Shown here piece after piece: positions 25,719-34,793 of a stretch of 64,000 nt of DNA. The position numbers and the translations under genes were made by a program. Below the pieces are notes generated by a model. It did not search any database and was not told the origin of the DNA. It was given only the letters and a program-made list of their open reading frames with translations. The stretch is taken from contig CP145409.1 of assembly GCA_036867785.1 (NCBI GenBank), positions 930,001 through 994,000 on the forward strand, read 5' to 3'. Position 1 is the stretch's first letter. Each line of letters begins with the position of its first letter. Source of the DNA: Plasmodiophora brassicae. Lineage: Eukaryota.

Positions 25719-26681
25719 TCAGTGTGCCGACAGCGTTGACGCGTTATCGAGATCGGAGTTAATCCCGAGGTTGTACAGGGACAGGCGGGTATGCAGCCTG
25801 GCCATCGTGAGCTCAGCCCGGTCGACGGTGTCCCAGCTTGCATGGCTTTCGACACTGCGTTTGTCGAATTGTTCGGCCTGGATCGCACTCGCAGGGCTCT
25901 GGTCGCTCGTGGCAGACTGGTAGTCAGTCGTATCGCTCGCCAACGTATCTGACTGGAGTTCGAGAGTGGGGCCGCCAGTCGAGATAATGCTGGTCAGGGC
26001 GACATCGGCATGGCAACTTTCGTCAGCCAATCGCGCTGCTGGAGCACTGACGTCTGCATTCCCTGTCGACTCGGATTCGACAATTGGATACGGCATGTTA
26101 GGACCCCATTCGCGGTGGTCAAACATCCAACTGGAGGCCGTCGTTGGCGAAAGCTGGTCATCACCATTGGGGTCGCAGCCAACGAACTCAGGAGCATCCG
26201 AACAGACGGACAGTGAACAGGCGCTGGAATCGCTGGCAGCGGCGCAGTTTGAGCAATTGCTGACCGTAGAATAGAGCGACGAGTGCCGATAGCGATGAAT
26301 AAATGAATCGAGGTCATATCCGTCGCCATTGGACTCCGAAGTTCCACTTCGGTCGACCAATTCCCGATCAGAGTCCGACTCCGGCTCGCCGTCGACGTAG
26401 TAACGGGGATGCTGCTGGGCGTCACCGGTGGGTTCTCGTGGAGACACAGGGGAATAGGGTTGTACGGCAGGAGCCGTGCGTTGCCCAAATTTCAGGTGGA
26501 GTTTCTTGAACCATTTCCGTTTCGGTGCTGCGGTGTTGGTCGAACGTTCACCGCGGCGGCACAGCAGATGTCGCGACGCGGCAGCCTTCAGCGATTCGAG
26601 CCAGGTGCCGACTCCGGCATCGACCAGAAGCAGCAGAAACGAAACGACGACAACCGCCCGAACCACAGCGAAGCGATGCAT
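25719..26681 (-). CDS. Secreted Ser/Asp-rich hypothetical protein (320 aa)
   Basis: MHRFAVVRAVVVVSFLLLLVDAG signal peptide, basic KRKWFKK patch, low-complexity body. Intronless. Confidence 0.6.
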   Translation of the reverse strand: MHRFAVVRAVVVVSFLLLLVDAGVGTWLESLKAAASRHLLCRRGERSTNTAAPKRKWFKKLHLKFGQRTAPAVQPYSPVSPREPTGDAQQHPRYYVDGEPESDSDRELVDRSGTSESNGDGYDLDSFIHRYRHSSLYSTVSNCSNCAAASDSSACSLSVCSDAPEFVGCDPNGDDQLSPTTASSWMFDHREWGPNMPYPIVESESTGNADVSAPAARLADESCHADVALTSIISTGGPTLELQSDTLASDTTDYQSATSDQSPASAIQAEQFDKRSVESHASWDTVDRAELTMARLHTRLSLYNLGINSDLDNASTLSAH

Positions 26682-27140
26682 GCGGTGGACGTCTGAGAGT
26701 GTTAAACGGACGGCCACTGGGCAATGCGCAATGGCCACTGGGCAATGGGCAATGGGGAACTTGTGGGGTGGTTCGGCAACGGACGCGCGTATTACGTAGG
26801 AAGGCGTTTGGCTGGCAAAACATGGCTCGGCAGCGCTGTGCAGCCGCCGAATTCCGGTTTTGGCAGGGGCTCCTCCTGATCGGCCATGGACCTCACGGCG
26901 CTCACCAAACAAGACCTGCGTCAGGCCTGTACGCCAGGTTCGATATGAAAGTGCCGATGATGTACTATGCACAAAATGATACTGTGCACAATAGGCATTT
27001 CAGTTGCGCTACCTCGTCACGATGAACCTGCCGGACACGAGTTAATATTAGTATTACTTTGTGCAGTCGTCGCCGATCGGCAAGCGAGGCGATGCTTCTA
27101 GACGTCGGCTGCGTCCAGCCCAATCATCGTGCGATTCCGC

Positions 27141-27146
27141 AAAAAA
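27141..27146 (-). terminator. Pol III terminator (T6) of tRNA-Asn
   Basis: aaaaaa on the plus strand, a few bases past the tRNA 3' end. Confidence 0.8.
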
Positions 27147-27149
27147 TCA

Positions 27150-27223
27150 CGTCCGAGCCCGGGCTCGAACCGGGAACCTCACGATTAACAGTCGTACGCG
27201 CTGACCAGTTGCGCCACTCAGAC
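27150..27223 (-). tRNA. trnN: tRNA-Asn(GTT)
   Basis: Reverse complement GTCTGAGTGGCGCAACTGGTCAGCGCGTACGACT-GTT-AATCGTGAGGTTCCCGGTTCGAGCCCGGGCTCGGACG folds as a cloverleaf with A and B boxes. Confidence 0.97.
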
Positions 27224-27585
27224 ATCTTCCGGTTTTCAATGCCCTGTGTGTCCGATTGATCCCAGATCTGCTACACATTGACAGAGACAGCTGCTACCTA
27301 CCTTACGTATTGCGTCGCCAGCACCAAATGAAACTCCTGCGGTGAATTTGCGCCACACGCGAAGTGCGCGTCTTCGGTTGATTTTCCGATCCGGTGCCCC
27401 GAAACCCGATCCGCCGAGGTCAGTTCGGTCGTTACGGTTACCAATTGCGAGTCTTCATGTCAGCGCCCATGCGCACGCTGGAGGATGTCACGTTCCTGTT
27501 GGAGTTCAGGATAATAACTGTTCGGGACTTCACGGGCAACAAGGCGGCTCCTGTTATCGAGCCAAGCTGGAAGGTTTGTGACACA

Positions 27586-28256
27586 GGTCTGGGAGAAAGT
27601 TAGCGGGTGGATCCAAGGCGAGGCCGTATTCGACGAGGACCGCTACGTGAGCTGGTTGGAAACGGCCGGCGTCCGTCGAGGACCTTGACAAGTACGTCCT
27701 GCTACGCGACGAGAAGCAGAAGAGAACATTCTATCCCGAATCTCACCGAACAGAAGACGCCAAGCAGTGCGCGAGATCGCGTCTGGCATCTGAATGTGCA
27801 CAGATATTCCATGTCTGTCAGTTCGCGCGGAGCTGTATCGGCGACTGAAGCACCGGTGCCTCGAAGCCGAGCAAGATCGCGCGGGCGCGGCAGCTACCGC
27901 TGTAGTGGCGGCGCGGGCGCGGACGCTGCAGCAGCTCCACCCGGAGGCGTTCAAGGTCAACTGGTCTCAATGGGCGATGTGGATAGAGTCCATGCCCCTT
28001 CACGTTCGAGACGGTAAATCTCGGACATGGAATATCTGTGCACATTCAGATGCCAGACGCGATCTCGCGCACTGCTTGGCGTCTTCTGTTCGGTGAGATG
28101 CGGGATAGAATGTTCTCTTCTGCTTCTCGTCGCGTAGCAGGACGTACTTGTCAAGGTCCTCGACGTCGGACGCCGGCCGTTTCCAACCAGCTCACGTAGC
28201 GGTCCTCGTCGAATACGGCCTCGCCTTGGATCCACCCGCTAACTTTCTCCCAGACC
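27586..28256. repeat. Near-perfect inverted repeat A/A': arms 27586-27815 and 28024-28256
   Basis: ggtctgggagaaagttagcgggtggatcc... is the reverse complement of ...ggatccacccgctaactttctcccagacc. Opposite-strand ORFs 27607(+) and 28235(-) translate almost identically. Confidence 0.95.
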
Positions 28257-28578
28257 ACCCCCACAACTAAGTCAACTGTTCCGCATGGCGCCGATTGATT
28301 CCTCAGCTGCTGTCATGGCGAATCTCAAGACCGCCTTCCGCGCCAACGTGGAGCTGGGTGACCTACGGTAGGTGTGGCGGTGGAGGCTCCCGAGATTTGC
28401 CGTCTCGAACGTGAAGGGGCATGGATCCTATCCACATTGCCCATTGAAACCAGTTGACCTCGAACGCCTTGAACTCCGGGTGGAGCTGCTGCAGCGTTCG
28501 CGCCCGCGCCGCCACTACAGCGGTAGCTGCCGCGCCCGCGCGATCTTGCTCGGCTTCGAGAAGCCGGTGCTGAAGTCG
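27842..28578. repeat. Inverted repeat B/B': 27842-28024 and 28390-28578
   Basis: Both encode LEAEQDRAGAAATAVVAARARTLQQLHPE..VNW.QWAMWI.SMPLHVRDGKSR, on opposite strands. Confidence 0.92.
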
Positions 28579-29322
28579 TCTAGGCTCTTGTTTACATGCT
28601 CGTGGAGCGCCTGGATGAGTCTGAGGCGACACAAATATTGGGACGCTCCTCCGGTGTAAGGAAGTGCAACCCGCCGTCTCGGTATTCCTTGTCAGCGCAT
28701 GCCATTTCACCCGGTCTCAGGAGAGGTACCAAAGTTTCGCGAGCCAATTTGATGTCGGGCCACGGTCCAGCAGGAACGCCACCCGCAATGTGTACGATAC
28801 GCGACGTACCCAGAGCGAGAGCGACTTGGTATCGTAACCCTGCATGTTTAAGCTTATGCGAGACGATCGTCTTGATAACCACCCAGGACCAGTAGCGGAA
28901 GGTCTTCTCAGTCACACTGAAGACGCGGCATCCGACCTCCGGGACTTCTCGCATAAGCCTAAACGTGCAGGTTACGGTACCAAGTCGCTCTCGCTCTGGG
29001 TACGTCTGCTGGACCGTGGCCCGGCATCAAACTGGCTCGCGAAACCTTGGTACCTCTCCTTAGACGACCGTGACGGCGGGTTGCACTGCCTTACACCGGA
29101 GGAGCGTCCCAATAATCAACGCGAACGTTGCCAGAATCGTCAGATCAGACTCATCCAGGCGCGCCACGAGCACGTAAACAAGAGCCTCAGCATGCTCGGG
29201 AAGATGTTCGGGGTAACAGCCAGCTGCATCGGCTTGCGTCTGTTGCGTGTGCTATGCTAACGCAGCTGAACTTAATCGAAGAACCATTGATCGACACCCG
29301 CGTCTTGCTATGTCGCGGTTAG
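28579..29322. mobile_element. Degenerate DDE_Tnp_4 (PIF/Harbinger-ISL2EU-like) transposase relics in inverted orientation (minus 28579-28870; plus 29003-29322)
   Basis: SHKLKHAGLRYQVALALGTSRIVHIAGGVPAGPWPDIKLAR...ADKEYR, ARHEHVNK, CAMLTQLNLIEEPL. Deletions and frameshifts present. Confidence 0.75.
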
Positions 29323-30602
29323 TATCCAAGGTCATTATATACTTCCCGCGTATGCCGAAAAGTGTGGAACAACGAAAACCCGTTGCATCGAACGTCCAGA
29401 TACATCGTTAGAATAGAAAATTGTACATTTCCCGCAGCTTCCTGTATTAACATAAATTATTTACAAAGGTCAACGCCAGTCGGCCTATCGAGCGTGCTTG
29501 GTGTCTGGCAGTACGTGTCTTCCGATCAGTTTCACTTCCGTTTGACGGCTATTACACATGCTTACCTGTGGTAGTATCAGGCCCACCTTGTTCACCATCA
29601 ACAGCCGTGTTATCATCGTCCACATCAGCGTCAATATACGAGATGTCCCGCTCGCTGTACCACTGAAACGATGGCAGCCGCTCCACTAGCTTGACCTTTC
29701 GCATAAGCGCCTTCGCCTTCTGATCGCATTCCATCTCATTCCGCTGCCATTGCTTCCAGATCGCTTCGTTCGAGCACGGTATGTCGTATTCCACTGATTC
29801 CTTGTGGGCGCGAAGCCTCTTCGCCCATCTGGCGCCTCGCCGCATTACCCGACGGTGATGTGCGCGCCTCACAAAATGCGGTGCTTGGTCACCCTTCCTT
29901 CTCACCTTCGTCTTCCTATATTGTCCTGTTCACCTTTGTGTCATACGCGGCTCATCCCGGTCTCGTCAAGAAAAATCTCCAGTTCTCAATCATCTTTTAT
30001 TCTTTCATTCTCAGTTGCCTGTTTCGCATCATGTATACGATCGAGGTGGTCACCGCCCCGCTATCCACGGTAGATTGTTTCGACAGAGATGTCATGATTG
30101 ACCTCGCTCGCACATGGCAGGCGTTCATGATTGCAGTTGAGAAATCATCGCGTGACACGTTTATCGGGTGCAACTGGGCCCTATCGTCCGTTATCCGGCT
30201 CAAATCGGGCACCCAGCCTGTTACGGCCAGGTCTCGTCCTCTGCCTCCTCTAATTTGGCTTCGTGATTCCTAACCATTCATCTTACCGGGATTCGTCGTC
30301 TTCCGCCTTCGACAGTCAGGCGAAGGATACACGTTGTGCGTTTCGGGCCGTTGCGGAGATCTCAGGCAACCTGACGTGATGCGATTTCCATCTCTTACCT
30401 GCCTGCCTTTGGGACGTATTTGATTGGTTCTTCCATCACTTCAACCACCGACCGATCATTTTAACCCCATGAAGATGATGGGTCCGGAACCGCGAAGCAA
30501 CACGGACAAGGTCTTGTACTCGGACAGCACTCAAGGCTGGAACCAAATATTATGGGTGTATTGGCCACGTAGTTACATTGGTGGCTAGAGGTCGCCGTAC
30601 GT

Positions 30603-32573
30603 TTAGTCGACTTCTTCGACAACAGGTCCACGGCCACCTGCCGACCCGGGCATCGATCCGGTCGGGCCACACCGCCCGTTGCCGCTGTTGCCAGCGTGCT
30701 GCTTGGCGAGGATCCCGTTGCAGAACTGCTCCATCTCGCGCTGCTTGGCTTGCAACTCTTCAACACTGGCCGTTTCGCCGTGCTGGTCGAGCCAGGCGGT
30801 CGCCTCGCGCACCGCCCCGTCGAGCTGGTCACGATCCACCTGCGCTATGGACTCGCCTTGTTCAGCGATCATGTTGCGGATGCTGTAGACGTAATTCTCG
30901 GCGTGGTTCTTCGCCTCGACACGCGCCCTGTGGGCGTCGTCGTCAGCCTTGTACTTCTCGGCCTCCCGAACCATCTTCTCGATGTCGGCGTTGGACAGGC
31001 GCGACTTATCGTTGGTGATGGTGATCTTGTGCGACTTGCCGGTCGACTTGTCCTCGGCGCTGACATTCAGGATGCCGTTGGCGTCGAGGTCGAACGTGAC
31101 CTCGATCTGGGGCACACCACGTGGCTTCGGCGGGATGCCCGTCAGCTGGAACTTGCCCAGCAGGTTGTTGTCCCTCGTCCGCGATCGCTCTCCTTCGAAG
31201 ACCTGAATGTCGACCGCGGGCTGATTGTCGGCGTACGTCGAGAAGGTCTGCGTCTTCTTGCACGGGACGGTGGTGTTCCTCGGGATCAGCGTCGTCATGA
31301 CGCCGCCGGCCGTCTCAATGCCCAGCGACAGCGGCGCCACGTCCAGCAGGAGCAGGTCGTTCGCCTGACCCGTTGCCGTTCCCGTCAGGATGGCCGCCTG
31401 GACAGCCGCCCCGAATGCCACCGCCTCGTCCGGGTTGATCGACTGGCACAAGGTCTTCCCGCCAAAGTACGACGACAGCATGGCCTGGATCTTGGGGATC
31501 CGCGTCGACCCGCCGACCAGGACCACCTCGTCGACCTGCGACTTGCTGATGCCCGAGTCCTTCAGCACCTGGTCCACCGGGCCCAGGCACTTGTCGAACA
31601 GGTCCTGGCACAGCGCCTCGAATCGCGCCCGAGTGATCGTCGAGCTGAAGTCGGCCCCGTCGTGCAACGAATCGACTTCGATCGTGGCCTGCGTCGACGA
31701 CGACAGGGCGCGTTTCGCCTTCTCACATTGCGTTCGCAGGCGACGAAGAGCGCGCTGGTTGCCGGTCAGGTCGGCGCCGCGGTTCTTGCGTTTGAATTCG
31801 TCCACGAAGTGCTGCACGAGGCGGTCGTCGAAGTCCTCGCCGCCCAGGTGCGTGTTGCCGGCCGTGGCCTTCACTTCGAAGACGCCGCCGTCCATCGTCA
31901 GCAACGACACGTCGAACGTGCCGCCGCCCAGGTCGAAGATCAGGACGTTGTGCTCGCCGGTCTGGCGGGACCCGGGGTTGCCCTTGTCCAGGCCGTAGGC
32001 GATGGCCGCTGCCGTCGGCTCGTTGATGATACGGAGGACGTTGAGGCCAGCAATGCGGCCGGCGTCCTTCGTGGCCTGCCGCTGAGCGTCGTTGAAGTAG
32101 GCCGGGCAGGTGATGACAGCATCGGTGACGGGTTGGCCCAGGTACGCCTCTGCCGTCTCCTTCATCTTGGTCAGGACCATCGACGAGATCTCCTCCGGCT
32201 TGAACAGCTTCGTCTGGCCCTGGTGCTCGACCTTGATGACTGGGCGCCCAGCATCGCCTTCGACAACGGCGAACGGCCACAGCTTGCGATCCGACTGAAC
32301 GGTCGGGTCGGCGAACTTGCGACCGATCAGACGCTTGGCATCGAAGATCGTGTTGGTCGGGTTCCGAGCCGCCTGGTTCTTGGCGGCGTCGCCGATCAGG
32401 CGTTCGGTGTCAGTGAACGCCACCCAGGACGGCGTTGTGCGGTTGCCTTGGTCGTTGGCGATGATCTCAACGCTCCCGTTCTTCCAGACGCCAACACAGG
32501 AATACGTCGTTCCCAGGTCGATACCGATAGCAACCTTGTTGCTGTTGTTGCTGTTGCTCTTATTGTTCGTCAT
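30603..32573 (-). CDS. HSP70: Cytosolic Hsp70, intronless
   Basis: [33 protein letters not shown]-terminal GPVVEEVD. Confidence 0.99.
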   Translation of the reverse strand: MTNNKSNSNNSNKVAIGIDLGTTYSCVGVWKNGSVEIIANDQGNRTTPSWVAFTDTERLIGDAAKNQAARNPTNTIFDAKRLIGRKFADPTVQSDRKLWPFAVVEGDAGRPVIKVEHQGQTKLFKPEEISSMVLTKMKETAEAYLGQPVTDAVITCPAYFNDAQRQATKDAGRIAGLNVLRIINEPTAAAIAYGLDKGNPGSRQTGEHNVLIFDLGGGTFDVSLLTMDGGVFEVKATAGNTHLGGEDFDDRLVQHFVDEFKRKNRGADLTGNQRALRRLRTQCEKAKRALSSSTQATIEVDSLHDGADFSSTITRARFEALCQDLFDKCLGPVDQVLKDSGISKSQVDEVVLVGGSTRIPKIQAMLSSYFGGKTLCQSINPDEAVAFGAAVQAAILTGTATGQANDLLLLDVAPLSLGIETAGGVMTTLIPRNTTVPCKKTQTFSTYADNQPAVDIQVFEGERSRTRDNNLLGKFQLTGIPPKPRGVPQIEVTFDLDANGILNVSAEDKSTGKSHKITITNDKSRLSNADIEKMVREAEKYKADDDAHRARVEAKNHAENYVYSIRNMIAEQGESIAQVDRDQLDGAVREATAWLDQHGETASVEELQAKQREMEQFCNGILAKQHAGNSGNGRCGPTGSMPGSAGGRGPVVEEVD

Positions 32574-32653
32574 GACGTTTCTTACGTGTGCACTTGCTGC
32601 AGTGTGATTTCCTCAATGGCGTGAGGGGTCTCGCGGCTCTCGTTTGTGTACCC

Positions 32654-32760
32654 TTCGGAATATTCCCAAGAACATTCTTCCGAATGTTCGCGCGACGATA
32701 GGAACATTCTTTGAATACGAACGTCACGCGGAGGGCTAAATAATCAAGAACATTCGGAAC
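32654..32760 (-). promoter_or_regulatory. Heat-shock element cluster upstream of HSP70
   Basis: Five GAAnnTTC units (GAAtaTTC, GAAcaTTC x3, GAAtgTTC) 80-190 bp upstream of the ATG. Confidence 0.75.
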
Positions 32761-33074
32761 GAAGCACTGCAGCAAGCCCGTGCACGCACGCGGGCACCAG
32801 CACGCTCCAAGTCACACACGAGCAACTAAGACTGAAGAGCAACATAGAAGGATTTCGGTCAGTTACACCTATTGGTAGGAACTGATTGACCTCCGCGATC
32901 TGACTCTATACAAGCTATCCGGCCGAGCCGCCTTCAAGCATGCCGAATTAGCCAACCGCATTCGGATGTGATGTCCCGGCACCGGTACATAAAGTCCATG
33001 TGGACTCTACTGGACGGAGAGCGCGACGGAGTCCGTGGCACATGCCACGGAGTCCGTGCGGATTGCCTCGTGAC

Positions 33075-33170
33075 GTTCTTCTGGCTTTGGCAAGCGACCA
33101 GTGTCCGCAGCAATGGTGTCGGGTTCTTCTGGCTTTGGAAAGCGACCAGTGTCCTCACCAATGGTGTCGG
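33075..33170 (+). repeat. 48-bp tandem duplication spanning the RPF1 start
   Basis: gttcttctggctttggcaagcgaccagtgtccgcagcaatggtgtcgg is followed by a near-identical copy. Confidence 0.9.
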
Positions 33171-34072
33171 CTCCGGCCGGGGAGGTCGTCATGATTCGCA
33201 ACAAGATAAAGCGAAACGAAGTATACCAACGTATGAAGGCCGAGCGGAAGAAACAGGCGTCGAAGGAGCGTCGTGAGCGACAGAAGCAGCATGTCAAGCT
33301 AGGTGATGCGGCGCCGCCCAAGGCGGTTCCCAAGACGCAGGAGTCGACTCGTGAACGTGATGAGACTATGGTCGATCCAGCCGATAAGGAAGTCATTGCC
33401 GATCAAGAGATGGACGAATTCGCGTTGTACTTCAATGCGTCCGTCAAGCCGAAGATTGCTATCACGACCTGCAGGAAGCCATCCGGGCGCATGTTCGACT
33501 TCATCAGCGACCTGTTGAGGGCGGTTCCGAAATCCTCGTTCTACGAGCGTCGCAACTTCGAGATCAAGCAGATCACAAGCGAGGCCGTTGAGAAGGGCTT
33601 CACTGATATCATCATTATTAACGAAGACCGCAAGGAACTGAATGGCCTCGTCCTGATCCACCTGCCCGATGGGCCTACCGCCCATTTTAAGCTTACGAAC
33701 GTCAGGTTGAGCTCGGAGATCGCCGGCCATGGAGTCATGACCGGCCATGACCCGGAGGTCGTCCTGAACAACTTCAACACGAGACTCGGGACGCGTATCG
33801 GACGTATGTTCGCGGCGCTGTTCGATCAGCGACCTGAGTTCACAGGGCGGCGCGCTGTAACGTTCCACAACCAGCGCGATTTCATCTTCTTCCGTCAGCA
33901 TCGGTACATTTTCGACGACGCCGGCAAGATCGTCAACCTGCAGGAGCTCGGGCCGCAGTTCACCCTGAAACTGAAAAGCCTCCAGGCGGGCACGTTCGAT
34001 TCGGTGAACGGCGAATACGAGTGGAAGCACCGACAAGAGATGGACACGAGCCGCAGACGCTTCTTCTTGTAG
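33113..34072 (+). CDS. RPF1: Ribosome production factor 1 (Brix domain)
   Basis: IRNKIKRNEVY, HLPDGPTAHFKL, PEVVLNNFNTRLG, TFHNQRDFIFFRQHRY, LQELGPQFTLKL, SRRRFFL. Confidence 0.95.
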   Translation: MVSGSSGFGKRPVSSPMVSAPAGEVVMIRNKIKRNEVYQRMKAERKKQASKERRERQKQHVKLGDAAPPKAVPKTQESTRERDETMVDPADKEVIADQEMDEFALYFNASVKPKIAITTCRKPSGRMFDFISDLLRAVPKSSFYERRNFEIKQITSEAVEKGFTDIIIINEDRKELNGLVLIHLPDGPTAHFKLTNVRLSSEIAGHGVMTGHDPEVVLNNFNTRLGTRIGRMFAALFDQRPEFTGRRAVTFHNQRDFIFFRQHRYIFDDAGKIVNLQELGPQFTLKLKSLQAGTFDSVNGEYEWKHRQEMDTSRRRFFL

Positions 34073-34151
34073 TTTTTCATACGGTACCTCGAATACAACG
34101 TACATTATTGAGGTGCAGGCGAACGTGTCACCGAGAGCTAGTTGCGGCCAC

Positions 34152-34669
34152 CTAATCAAAGGCGCCGTCTTCGGCGACCGACAGCATACAGGCCACGTCT
34201 GCGTGGCCGTTCTCGACAGCGATATCAGCGGCCTTCCTGCCGTTGATGTCCCTAATGGCGATGTCGGCGCCGAACAGGACGAGCATCCGCGCCGTATCCA
34301 TGTGCCCGAAGCTGCTGGCGATATGCAGCGCCGTGCAGAGCGTATCGCTGTCCTGGCAGTTGATAATGGCGCCCTTGCGAACCAAGACCTGCGTTGTCAC
34401 CACGTCGTTGCGGGCCGCCGCCTGCACAAACGCTCAGCGTCCGTCCAGCGGTTGCACCCACACAGGCAACCGACTTGAAACAGTGCAATCTCGCGACTCG
34501 CTTCGAGATCCAGCCAGGGGCCGTCGTCTACGTCCGCATCGCTGCTCGGCCCATCTTCTTCCCAGTTGGTGCCCGGCTCCCCGTTTCGTCGTTTCCGCTT
34601 GTGCCCCTCCAGCTGCTCCTCAGATAGCGTCTTTCTGGGGGCGACGGCGGCGAGCACCCTCTCGAACAT
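34152..34669 (-). CDS. Small ankyrin-repeat protein
   Basis: Exon 1 with KRKRR. Exon 2 TALHIASSFGHMDTARMLVLFGAD, GRKAADIAVENGH. Confidence 0.75.
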
Positions 34670-34793
34670 GTTGCAAAGGCCAGCGCTAATGACGTACGTG
34701 GTCCCCGAGATCGCGTATACTAATATCAATGGGTACCTCCTGCGCGCTTCCTTCGCTATCTGTCTCGAACTTGGGCACCTGGTTTATCGCGAC

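Noticed and set aside
27586-28256. A/A' as a bona fide MITE or Pack-MULE
   Set aside because: The flanks (tgtgacaca and acccccaca) show no target-site duplication. Kept only as an inverted repeat.
29552-30273. ORF fragments downstream of HSP70
   Set aside because: Interrupted by stops in all frames and no family recognised. Noted only as part of the island.
30696-32624. 642-aa antisense ORF opposite HSP70
   Set aside because: Known by-product of codon bias in GC-rich hsp70 genes (the spurious antisense 'NAD-GDH' ORF). No independent motifs.
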